Virus record (IMG/VR): IMGVR_UViG_3300013947_000002 | Location: 32,001 to 96,000 of that record | DNA length: 64,000 nucleotides | Source: a virus | Direction: 5' to 3' (one strand) | Shown here: piece by piece, positions 53,521-62,475 of the stretch | Layout: every line of letters starts with the position of its first letter | Position numbering within the stretch: the first letter of the stretch is position 1 | Position numbers and translations under genes: made by a program | The notes under the pieces: generated by a model | The model's input: the letters and a program-made list of their open reading frames with translations, nothing else | Database searches by the model: none | What the model was told of the DNA's origin: nothing

Positions 53521-53907
53521 ATGAATTATGAATTTCATGTAGGGGATTATGTTAAGACAAGAGCTGGATATATCGGGTATATTGATAATGTCTCCGACTT
53601 GGGAGATGGGAACATTGTAGTTCGTGTACGTTGCGAAGATGAAGACCTTGTGCCCTTTAAAGTTAATGACTTAAATGTCACAAATAATTTTCTTCGTATC
53701 GGCGCATATGATTTCACTAAGAAAGAAAAGAAGAAGATTGAACATCTTGAAAAAGACTTGCCAGTAGAGGGACGAATTAAAGATAAAACGGTTGAATTTA
53801 AGCAATACTTTAGCGATGGAGAGTACGTTAAGTTTGTTTATAATGGCAAGATGATTGATAAAATCAATGAGCTTGTTGATGCTGTGAATAAATTGATGGA
53901 GAAATAA
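53521..53907 (+). CDS. hypothetical protein
   Basis: TAAATG-coupled track ORF. Confidence 0.5.
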   Translation: MNYEFHVGDYVKTRAGYIGYIDNVSDLGDGNIVVRVRCEDEDLVPFKVNDLNVTNNFLRIGAYDFTKKEKKKIEHLEKDLPVEGRIKDKTVEFKQYFSDGEYVKFVYNGKMIDKINELVDAVNKLMEK

Positions 53908-53909
53908 AA

Positions 53910-54128
53910 ATGACAAGAACAACGTGTGATATTTGTGGCAAACTAATTACTGATAATAGAGAGAGATGGCTCGTGTCAATTCAATCTGCAGTTGGCGTTA
54001 ACGTCCTTAAATATGGGCAAAAAAATTGTGAGCTGACCATTTGTGATGTTTGCCAAGATTGTGCCGATTCAATTTATAATTATGTTCAAACACTAAAAAC
54101 CACTCTTGACAAATCGATCGAGGTGTGA
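53910..54128 (+). CDS. hypothetical zinc-finger protein
   Basis: CDICGK...CDVCQDC. Confidence 0.45.
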   Translation: MTRTTCDICGKLITDNRERWLVSIQSAVGVNVLKYGQKNCELTICDVCQDCADSIYNYVQTLKTTLDKSIEV

Positions 54129-54150
54129 TAATATAGATGACAAGGAGGTA

Positions 54151-54330
54151 ATGCGATTGACAAAACAGCAACTAATCAACAATTTGTCGAAAATGCGTAC
54201 AATGGCTGAAGATACGGCACACGTCCGTATCCATATTGGCAACCAGCTCCATGACATTGACAAAATTGATACAGTAATTGACATGGATACAAATAAACCA
54301 AATATTGTTATTCATGTTAAAGATAAATAA
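54151..54330 (+). CDS. hypothetical protein
   Basis: ATG 54151 after aaggagg. A promoter-like TTGACA at 54106-11 lies upstream. Confidence 0.45.
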   Translation: MRLTKQQLINNLSKMRTMAEDTAHVRIHIGNQLHDIDKIDTVIDMDTNKPNIVIHVKDK

Positions 54331-54347
54331 AAGGAGGATGATGATTA

Positions 54348-54665
54348 TTGTTTGTAAATGAGGTATATGAGTCTATCTGGAAAGACCGATACCAAAAGGA
54401 TGGTGAGTCATATGATGAGCAACTATGGCGCGTAGCTGAATTTATTGCTAGAGCAGAAGATGATAAGCCATATATGTGGGCTGATAAGTTTTACTCAATT
54501 ATGAAAGAAGGTTATTTCTTTCCTGCTGGTCGTACCATGAGCAATGCTGGCGTTGGTGAAAAACTAACCCTCAATAATTGCTTTGTCGCGCCTATTATTG
54601 GCAATAGTATGGAGCAGATTTTTGATGCGGTTAAGCTAGGCGCTATGACACATAAGGCTGGAGGT
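54348..54665 (+). CDS. nrdJ: class II (B12-dependent) ribonucleotide reductase NrdJ, exon 1
   Basis: TTG start 10 nt after aaggagg. FFPAGRTMSNAG...LNNCFV...SMEQIFDAVKLGAMTHKAGG. The joined product is 786 aa. Confidence 0.8.
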
Positions 54666-55530
54666 AAACACAATTCTGCCTCCCTGTGCAGTAATGCACA
54701 GTAAAAAATTCTGTGAACCTATAAATATAGGGTGTGGTTTTGACGTTTAGTAGTTATAGGAAATGATAATTAACAAAACCGCTAACGGGGAAACCTAAGT
54801 CAATACGATATGGCAATCCCGTGGAAAGTTGCTTGGTTTAAGAGAAAAAATAAATAAGAGAGGAGGATTCAATGTGAATCATGTAGAAATTTCAGATTAT
54901 CCGGGTTATGAAATTTTTGAAGATGGTCGCGTGTTTTCAAAATATACAAACAAGTTTCTAACATCAAAGATTGATAGATACGGATATAGCGTATATCATT
55001 TAAGACGTGGTAAAAATGAATTTCCAACAGCGCATAGATTGGTTGCGTTGGCATTTATTCCCAATCCGAATGGTTTTCAATCTGTAAACCATAAAGATGG
55101 AAATAAACAGAATAATAATAAAGACAATCTTGAGTGGTGTTCTGAATCATATAATAGTTGGCATAAATGCAACATCCTTAATGAGAAACCAATCAGATAT
55201 GGAGATAAACAAGTTGTGGCTAAAAATACAATAACTAACGAAGAGATATTGTTTAATTCAGAATCTGATGCTGCGATATTCTTTAATGTATCACAAACAA
55301 CTATCAGTCGAAAAATTTTGACCAAACATATTACACCTAAAAGATGTAAGACACAAAATTGGCTGTTTGAATTTAAGTAACTCAAAAACTCTTAAACCAA
55401 GTAAAATCTCTAACGACTATCCATAATGGAGTACAGCATAAGCGAAATTCTTATGTTGGAAGTGCAGAACCCCAACAAATAGTTGGGTGAAGATATAGTC
55501 TAAACTATTATGAAAATAATAGAATCAATG
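54666..55530 (+). mobile_element. group I intron 1 in nrdJ, with HNH endonuclease ORF
   Basis: P1: exon ggaggT pairs with the IGS Gcctcc (54678-83), with U.G at the splice site. gctaacggggaaacctaag. R tctaacGACTAtcc, S aagataTAGTCtaa. Ends in G. The splice restores AGG|GIGYAFSNL. Confidence 0.8.
54874..55380 (+). CDS. intron-encoded HNH homing endonuclease (NUMOD4-HNH-HTH type)
   Basis: GTG start 7 nt after ggagg. ISDYPGYEIFEDGRVFS, VNHKDGNKQNNNKDNLEWCSESYNSWH, C-terminal FFNVSQTTISRKI. Confidence 0.8.
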   Translation: MNHVEISDYPGYEIFEDGRVFSKYTNKFLTSKIDRYGYSVYHLRRGKNEFPTAHRLVALAFIPNPNGFQSVNHKDGNKQNNNKDNLEWCSESYNSWHKCNILNEKPIRYGDKQVVAKNTITNEEILFNSESDAAIFFNVSQTTISRKILTKHITPKRCKTQNWLFEFK

Positions 55531-56032
55531 GGAATTGGATATGCGTTCAGTAATCTAGCCCCCAATGGCTATAAGACGCGCAATGACGCTATTGCATCTG
55601 GCCCAGTTAGTTTTATGGATGTATTTAATGCTCAGACAGCTACGGTGCAGCAAGGTAGCAGGCGCGGCGCAAACATGGGTATGCTCAGTGTGTATCATCC
55701 TGACATCCTTGAATTTATACGCGCCAAGTCTGCAACTGAAGGACGGCTTAATCATTTTAATCTATCCGTAGTTGTAGATGATGCTTTTATGCAGTTAGTC
55801 ATTGCCGATGGTCAAGTTCAGTTGCATTGGCCTATTTATGATGAAAAGGGCAATAAGTTACCACCAGCCAAGTGGGATAAGCAGTTTACCAAGCTAGTGC
55901 CAGCTCGTGATATTTGGAATGAAATCATGAAGATGGCATATGATAATGGTGAGCCGGGCGTATTCTATGAGGATAATGCTAATAACCGCAATCCTGCATG
56001 GTATGTAGAAAGAATTGTATGCAGCAATCCGT
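55531..56032 (+). CDS. nrdJ: NrdJ exon 2
   Basis: GIGYAFSNLAPNG...GPVSFMDVFN...SRRGANMGML...RIVCSNP, then 1 nt of the Cys codon. Confidence 0.8.
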
Positions 56033-56202
56033 TAGCCGTATAAACGTGCGGATGTAAAATCTCCTCTGATTGACTTGGACGCTGAATACACAGCTACAAG
56101 GGGCAAGGGTAATGCTAGCCTGAACGACTAAGCGAGGAGACCCCAAGGGGATGCGATAGTCTAGCGCACGATGTGAAATGTATTTGATACACATTGTGTG
56201 AG
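56033..56202 (+). mobile_element. ORF-less group I intron 2 in nrdJ (short; 3' boundary less certain)
   Basis: P1: exon atccgT pairs with Gcggat (56047-52), with U.G at the splice site. R gaacGACTAagc, S gcgaTAGTCtagc. Ends in G at 56202. The splice gives SNP-C-AEYL and creates the catalytic Cys codon t|gc. Confidence 0.65.
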
Positions 56203-57743
56203 GCGCTGAATATCTAGCAGGTACAATCAATTCAATCGGCCCGTCGCAGTATGGCGGTGCTTGTAACCTCGGCTCATTGTTCCTTCATAATTTTGTTCGT
56301 AATCCATTTACTAAACAGGCACATCTTGATACTGAAGCCCTACGCGATACAATTTCTATTGCTGTCCGTATGCTTGATGATATTATTGATGTCAATAAAT
56401 TCCCCGACAAGATTTATGAGAATTATCAGAGGGGTATGCGCACCATTGGTATTGGTATTACAGGTCTAGCTGATATGCTTGCTATGCTAGGCATGAAGTA
56501 TGACAGTCAAAAAGCAAGAGATTATGTTGAATCTCTAATGCAAATGATTACAAATGCTGAATATTATGCCTCTGTGCAACTTGCTAAAGAAAAGGGTTGT
56601 TTTCCTCTGTGTGAGCCCGACAAGCATATTGACGGCGCATATGTCAAGGACGTCCTAGAAAAAGACGTACTCGATGAAATGGCCGAGTACGGTATTCGCA
56701 ATGCCAAGATTCAAGCCGTTGCCCCATGTGGCACAATCTCTATAGTATTCGGGAACAACTGCTCTAGCGGCATTGAGCCGATTTTCTCTCTGAGTTATGA
56801 CCGCAAGGCAAAGATTGGCGGTCAGGATGATAAGGATGTCAAAATCGTCAAGATGATGGACTACGCTTATTATCTATATCATAAGCTGAAAGATGAAGGC
56901 AAGCTCCTAGATTTTGATGAACATGATATTTTCCCAACCGCTCTCAATATGTCTGTTGATGACCATGTAGCTATGCTTGCCATTATTAGCAAATACACCG
57001 ACATGAGCGTTAGCAAGACAATCAACGTTCCTACTGAAGCATCGTTTAATGAAGTCAAGGACATTTATATGCAATGCTGGGAAAAAGGCATTAAGGGTTG
57101 CACCATCTTTAGACCTAATGCTATTCGTCAGGGCATTTTGCTGACTGATAATAAGCAAGGCGAAGAAAAATCTGAATCGATGGAACCACCAACTCTCCCT
57201 CGCGGTTCAATCATCGAGCCAAGCAATGACCTGATTGGCAAAAAGCGCAAGATTCAGACAGGATGTGGCAGCTTACACGTCATCGGCTTCTTTGACCCCA
57301 TTGATGGCAGTCTACAAGAGGTATATTTCAACAAAGGCTCGACAGGCGGATGCCAGAATTTCATGGTTGGTCTGAGTCGCGCAATCAGCCTACTATGCCG
57401 TGCCGGTGTAGATATTATGACCATCAAAGACCAGCTTGATTCAACAGGTGTATGCCCCTCTTATGCTACGCGCAGAGCAACCAACCATGATACCAGTAAG
57501 GGGTCTTGTTGCCCCATGGCTATTGGCAATGCTCTAGTTGATATGTATAATGAGATGCAAGCAGAGCTAGATGATAAAGAGGATGACGATAAGCCGGTAA
57601 AGAAAGTACCGATTAAATCCGAGATTGGCAAAGTAAACGTATTAAATACGAACAATGGTGTATGCCCTGAATGTGGCGAACCGCTTGTGTTTGAGGGCGG
57701 TTGCTGCACCTGTAAGTCATGTGGATATACAAAGTGCGAATAA
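56203..57743 (+). CDS. nrdJ: NrdJ exon 3
   Basis: YGGACNLGSLFLHNFV...TGLADML...APCGTISI...C-terminal Cys cluster CPECGEPLVFEGGCCTCKSCGYTKC. Confidence 0.8.
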
Positions 57744-57761
57744 ATAAGGAGGATTAACCAA

Positions 57762-57986
57762 ATGACAGAACCCCGTATCAATTTCTATAAGAATCGACTA
57801 GGTGATGAGGACTGGATTTGCTCATGTGATGAACTTGACCTCATGTCCGAACCAAACAAAGGTGACCTACTATGGTTGCCCCTAGATGGTGATGACGAAG
57901 GCCGCGAGATGTATGTAGTCATGCAGAAATATATCTCAGGTGATGAAATTGCCTATTTCTGCAAGCCATATAATTGGGAGGATTGA
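57762..57986 (+). CDS. hypothetical protein
   Basis: Track ORF with SD aaggagg. Confidence 0.5.
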   Translation: MTEPRINFYKNRLGDEDWICSCDELDLMSEPNKGDLLWLPLDGDDEGREMYVVMQKYISGDEIAYFCKPYNWED

Positions 57987-57987
57987 G

Positions 57988-58230
57988 ATGAAGTACCTAC
58001 TAAGATTTTTTATCAACTATGCAAATTGTTGCAAAACAAAACATCAATATGAATACACTTATGCCGCCCGTATGCTAGTGCCACGCATTGGTGAGCACGT
58101 CTGGCTACCAACAGAAGATGGGCTAGGTGCTAGATATCTAGTTCGCAATGTTGAATACGACCTATATAACAGTAGAGATATTAATATATATGTCGTAAAA
58201 GATGATGAAGCAGATGAGGAGGATTACTAA
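57988..58230 (+). CDS. hypothetical protein
   Basis: ATG 57988 after ggagg. Confidence 0.45.
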   Translation: MKYLLRFFINYANCCKTKHQYEYTYAARMLVPRIGEHVWLPTEDGLGARYLVRNVEYDLYNSRDINIYVVKDDEADEEDY

Positions 58231-58440
58231 TTGCCAGATTATTTTGTTGAGTTGAAGAAACATCCAACAGATGACGATTGGGCATGGTGTAAATATTGCA
58301 CGTTGAACACAGTGGGGAAGAGCGCAACAGCTCTTCCCTCCGATGAATGGAAACGCAAGCTAATCGCATCTGAGCATAGTCCACTTAGAGAGTTATGGTT
58401 TGGCGTTCATATGGTCATCCCATATTGGGTGTCAGTGCAT
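58231..58440 (+). CDS. thyX: ThyX-like flavin-dependent thymidylate synthase, exon 1
   Basis: TTG start after gaggagga. ASEHSPLRELWFGVHMVIPYWVSVH resembles the ThyX HESVLEH...SR...Q segment. Confidence 0.6.
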
Positions 58441-59461
58441 TAACATAAAAGTGCCCTTACATAGTAATATGTATTGAAAACTCCGTTAACTTGTAATTGC
58501 AAGGTGTGAAGTTAACTTTTTAAGGTCGGCAAGGAAATATGCCGTTTATAACTTTGCTAACAGGGGAAATCTAAGGTTGACACTATGACAACCCTGTGCT
58601 ATAATTAAAATGTCCAGAGAAAGAAGGAGGTGAGAATTTTGAAGAAAATTAACATAGTTAACAATATTTATTCTTCCAATCATTACGGTGATTTTATTGT
58701 AGAGAAAGAGCTAAATTCGCAAGGAACAAGCACATATTATCAAGTCCGCTTTTTGAAAACTGGTACAGTATGCAAGGCTGAAAAACATAACATTAAAAAA
58801 GGTTCCGTAGCCGATTGCTATGCTAAAACAATTTATGGTGTTGCTTGTCGAGGGCAAGCATCTTCCAGACATCCTACTTTAAACAAAGTAGCTTTTAAGC
58901 GTTGGACGGCTATGGTGTCCCGTTGTTATAATCAAAATGATATTGGTTATAAATCTTATGGTGGTAAAGGTTATACCGTATCTGATAGTTGGCTTTGTTT
59001 TGAAAATTATATACGAGACATTGTTGATATTGAAGGTTTTAATGAAGAAAAATATCTCAAAGGCATCATTCAATTGGATAAAGATATTAAAGCCCCCGGT
59101 AACAAAGAATATTCTGCCGACAAGTGCATATTTCTAAATGCTTCTATTAATAAGAGAAATCAACCTTCAAAGCAAAGAGATTTTTATGCTATTTCACCAC
59201 AAGGACAACAATTCATATATAATAACGCTAATGCCTGTGCCAAAGAAAACAACCTAACCGCAAGAACTATCTTAAAATGTTTGAAAGGTCAATTCTCACA
59301 ACACAAAGGCTGGACATTCAAATATGTAGTCTAACGACTATCTCGAAAGAGAGTAGAGCAATTATGAAATGAATTGCTCGAAAAGCGGAGAACCCATATC
59401 TTTATGGGTTGTGATATAGTCTACTCCCCTAATAAATATCGGGAAACCGAGGGTATAAAGG
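58441..59461 (+). mobile_element. group I intron in the thyX-like gene, with endonuclease ORF
   Basis: P1 gcaT / Gtgc. gctaacaggggaaatctaagg. R gtctaacGACTAtctcg, S gtgataTAGTCtactcc. 3' end gggtataaagG. The splice gives WVSVH|FVRHHIGCNHYVQSQR (RHR...S.R-like ThyX motif). Confidence 0.75.
58639..59334 (+). CDS. intron-encoded homing endonuclease (same family as 5578..6255)
   Basis: TTG start 8 nt after aaggagg (track start is GTG 58630). VAFKRWTAMVSRCYNQNDIGYKSYGGKGYTVSDSW. Confidence 0.7.
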   Translation: MKKINIVNNIYSSNHYGDFIVEKELNSQGTSTYYQVRFLKTGTVCKAEKHNIKKGSVADCYAKTIYGVACRGQASSRHPTLNKVAFKRWTAMVSRCYNQNDIGYKSYGGKGYTVSDSWLCFENYIRDIVDIEGFNEEKYLKGIIQLDKDIKAPGNKEYSADKCIFLNASINKRNQPSKQRDFYAISPQGQQFIYNNANACAKENNLTARTILKCLKGQFSQHKGWTFKYVV

Positions 59462-59797
59462 TTTGTACGTCATCATATCGGTTGTAACCACTATGTCCAA
59501 TCTCAGAGAAATGATAGACAAGATAAATACGACCGTAACAAAGCGCCGCAAGATGAGCTAGTCAGTCATGTTATGTCGATTAACGCCCAAGAGCTTGTAT
59601 TTATGTCCCATAAGCGCCTGTGCAATCAAGCATCTCCTGAAACACATAAGGTAATGCAACAGATTGTTGATGAGGTGATTAAAACTAATCCTGAATTTAA
59701 GGATTATCTAGTGCCGTTATGTGAATATAGAGGCGGTTTATGCACCGAGTTCCATCCATGTGGATATAATAAAAAATTTAAGGAGAAGCAAGAATGA
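59462..59797 (+). CDS. thyX: ThyX-like protein, exon 2
   Basis: FVRHHIGCNHYVQSQRNDR...INAQELVFMSHKRLCNQASPETHKVM. The frame is open from the splice site and there is no start codon before 59573. Confidence 0.6.
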   Translation, partial: FVRHHIGCNHYVQSQRNDRQDKYDRNKAPQDELVSHVMSINAQELVFMSHKRLCNQASPETHKVMQQIVDEVIKTNPEFKDYLVPLCEYRGGLCTEFHPCGYNKKFKEKQE

Positions 59798-60117
59798 CTA
59801 AAATTTTTATCTCTCAGCCAATGAATGGCAAGACAAATGAAGAAATCCTTAAAGCGAGAGAAGATATTACTACTAGATTATCAGCGCAATTTGCTAGATG
59901 CAACACATATATTGAGATTATTGATTCGTTCTTCAAAGATGCCTCACACGATGCCAAGCCTCTATGGTATCTAGGCGAATCAATTAAGTTAATGAGTGAA
60001 GCAGACATTGTGTTCTTCTGTGACGGTTGGCAAGCCGCTAGAGGTTGTCAGATTGAGCATGATTGCGCTCTTGAATATGGCATTGATACTATGTATGAGG
60101 AGGATTTAATTTGTTGA
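59794..60117 (+). CDS. DUF4406/nucleoside 2-deoxyribosyltransferase-like protein
   Basis: IFISQPMNGK...SEADIVFFCDGWQAARGCQIEHDCALEYGI. Confidence 0.5.
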   Translation: MTKIFISQPMNGKTNEEILKAREDITTRLSAQFARCNTYIEIIDSFFKDASHDAKPLWYLGESIKLMSEADIVFFCDGWQAARGCQIEHDCALEYGIDTMYEEDLIC

Positions 60118-60608
60118 AGATTAAAGCAAAGCGCATAACCGATACTGCCAAGTTACCTACTTATGGTAGCGAACGCGCGGCTTGTATGGATTTATATGCG
60201 GATTTAAGTGACCATTGCATCACGCTTAATCCGGATGTAGAAGTGCGCAATATTAGTGGCAATGAAAACGGCCCGATTCAGCGTGTGGGTATTGCGCCCC
60301 ATAGCACCATCAAAATTCCTACAGGTTGGGCATTTCAGCCACCTGAAGGATATATGCTACAGATTCTACAGCGCTCCGGTCTAGCAAGCAAAGGGCTAAT
60401 CCCGATTGGTGGGGTAGTAGATAATGATTATGTTGGCGAGGTTACAATCATTCTTCTTAATACAACTGACGATTATATCTTCGTACAGAACGGCGACCGT
60501 ATTGCCCAAATGGCTCTACGCAAGTATTATCAAGCTGACTTCGAGCTAGTTGATGAGCTAGATGAAACAGAGCGTGGGGACGGTGGGTTTGGCTCTACTG
60601 GCACATGA
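60111..60608 (+). CDS. dut: dUTPase
   Basis: RSGLASKG, GVVDNDYVGEV, GDRIAQM, RGDGGFGSTG. Confidence 0.9.
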   Translation: MLKIKAKRITDTAKLPTYGSERAACMDLYADLSDHCITLNPDVEVRNISGNENGPIQRVGIAPHSTIKIPTGWAFQPPEGYMLQILQRSGLASKGLIPIGGVVDNDYVGEVTIILLNTTDDYIFVQNGDRIAQMALRKYYQADFELVDELDETERGDGGFGSTGT

Positions 60609-60835
60609 TTCTACCGCGACTATGTATCAATGGTAGCAGATACCGTGTAGAGCTGTATTATCCTGAAGACCCAGATAATCCCATTGCCACCATGTCTGGC
60701 TCGGCTCGTTCATCATGTGACCTATTTGCCAATATGCTATATATGGTGCTAGAGAATTATGATGACGGCTATGACGTAGGCTACAATGACGCAATAGATG
60801 ATATGGAAGGAGGCGAATTTGATGTGGAAGTTTAG
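60605..60835 (+). CDS. hypothetical protein
   Basis: ATGA-coupled track ORF. Confidence 0.45.
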   Translation: MILPRLCINGSRYRVELYYPEDPDNPIATMSGSARSSCDLFANMLYMVLENYDDGYDVGYNDAIDDMEGGEFDVEV

Positions 60836-61112
60836 ACCAATCGGACTCTACTACGAGCTATTAGTCGATGACGACAGTATCTATCTATGCCGTAAACGAG
60901 ACACGATTATTCAAGCCGTGATTGAGGATTTATGCGATAGACATAATCGAGCAATGGCGGCATATGAAAACCTAGATACTGATATTGTCAGTTGTGATGA
61001 GGCGTATCTGAATGGACTAGAAGATGGCAAGGAATATGGTTATACAAACGGCTACGATGATGGATATAAACGTGGCGTTGCAGATGCTCTAGGCAAAGAT
61101 ACTATAGAATAA
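60822..61112 (+). CDS. hypothetical protein
   Basis: ATG 60822 after ggaagga. Confidence 0.45.
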   Translation: MWKFRPIGLYYELLVDDDSIYLCRKRDTIIQAVIEDLCDRHNRAMAAYENLDTDIVSCDEAYLNGLEDGKEYGYTNGYDDGYKRGVADALGKDTIE

Positions 61113-61116
61113 AAAA

Positions 61117-61160
61117 ATGGGGAACATGATTACAGATATTTATTCTGCCATGTTCCCCAT
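61117..61160. terminator. bidirectional terminator between convergent blocks
   Basis: atggggaacatg ... catgttccccat (12 bp), flanked by A7 and AT-rich runs. Confidence 0.7.
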
Positions 61161-61169
61161 AAATTTATA

Positions 61170-61700
61170 TTAGTCGCCAGCAACCGCTTTCATCACAATC
61201 TTAAATGTTTGGTCACCAGTATTCTTGACTTGTTTAGCTTCAGTAGTATATCCTGTTTTAGTGGCCGTGACAGTGTATGTATCGCCAATGCCACTTAGCA
61301 GAAATTGCTTGGCATTGTCGCTAACAGGGTCGACCTCTTCGCCATCAGCATCGGTGACAGTAATGATAGCATCCTTTGGTGTTACATCAACAGTCAATAC
61401 AAAACCGTCCTGTAGCTCAACAGTGCCCTTTACAACCTTGAAAAAACGTCCATCAAGACCAACACCACAATTGCCCCTACCGACAACAGGCGTACCAACT
61501 TCCTCGCCTTCGCTATTGTGTAGAGTAATAAGCTTAGCGCCGCCAACCGCAGCCACGGCAAATAGTGCTCCATCCCAGAGCTGACCGCAAGTAGAAACTG
61601 CCTTAGATTTATCAACAGTTGTTGCATCAACATCGCAAATCACCCCGTTAATTAGTTTGAGCGTTGAACCGAGCTTGATGCCCCCACAAAAATTAGCCAT
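61170..61700 (-). CDS. tail-fibre-associated protein with C-terminal Ig/beta-sandwich-like domain
   Basis: Position in the fibre block. VLTVDVTPKDAIITVTDADGEEV...YTVTATKTGYTT. Confidence 0.45.
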   Translation of the reverse strand: MANFCGGIKLGSTLKLINGVICDVDATTVDKSKAVSTCGQLWDGALFAVAAVGGAKLITLHNSEGEEVGTPVVGRGNCGVGLDGRFFKVVKGTVELQDGFVLTVDVTPKDAIITVTDADGEEVDPVSDNAKQFLLSGIGDTYTVTATKTGYTTEAKQVKNTGDQTFKIVMKAVAGD

Positions 61701-61720
61701 GTTCTATCCTCCATCCTCTA

Positions 61721-62446
61721 TTATGTTTTAGATACCCATGCAAGAGCGCCGTCAACAACACCTAGCACCTTTCCATTATCATCAGCAGTAAAGGCTGGAA
61801 CGGCGATAGCGGTAGAGGCTAGAGCACCCACGTCAGATGCTGTCAATGTAATATCAGCCGATAGAGCCTTGCCGTTCACCTTGCGTGTGGTTGGAACCTT
61901 GCCATCAAGAGCGGTTTTGGTTGCCGTAGAGACAGGTTTGTTTGCATCGGATGTATTGTCTACATTGCCAAGTCCAACGTCGCCCTTTACAAGTGTCACA
62001 TTTGCGGAAAGTGCATGACCTGCCACCGTTCTTGTAGTAGGTACAGCGCCAACATCGCTTGCAGACAGGGCGATAGCACCAGTCTTCGTATTAACAGACT
62101 GCACGGGCGCTCCGCTTGTTGTGATAAACTTGGAATCATTGGTTAATTCGCTAACCTTAGTAGGAACGGCGCTTGTTTTCGCATAACCGGTGAGCGCAGA
62201 ATTTGTAATAAATCCGTTGTCGTTCTGTAGTTCACTTGTCTTGGTTGGGATAACGGTTGTATCATCGAGCGCTCCAATATCGGATGCGCTTAGTACGACT
62301 TCGCCAGTTTTACCATTGACAGAGGTCACATCTCCACCACTACCAGACTTAGTGTTAAGCACGGGTCTACCTAATTCATCCTTAGTATATTCAAACTGAT
62401 CTGCATTAAGTAAGCATCCACCATCATTTGCTCTAATTGTTGCCAT
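61721..62446 (-). CDS. tail fibre protein with repeat motifs
   Basis: Repeats LSASD(I/V)GA..., TTR(T/K)V(A/N)G(H/K)ALSA(N/D)(V/I)TL and GLGNVDNTSDANKPVSTATKTALDGK. Confidence 0.65.
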   Translation of the reverse strand: MATIRANDGGCLLNADQFEYTKDELGRPVLNTKSGSGGDVTSVNGKTGEVVLSASDIGALDDTTVIPTKTSELQNDNGFITNSALTGYAKTSAVPTKVSELTNDSKFITTSGAPVQSVNTKTGAIALSASDVGAVPTTRTVAGHALSANVTLVKGDVGLGNVDNTSDANKPVSTATKTALDGKVPTTRKVNGKALSADITLTASDVGALASTAIAVPAFTADDNGKVLGVVDGALAWVSKT

Positions 62447-62475
62447 ATATAATCATTCCTTTCATTATTTATGTA

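Noticed and set aside
56251-56469. 72-aa plus-strand ORF
   Set aside because: It is an off-frame overlap of nrdJ exon 3. It is hydrophobic junk with no SD.
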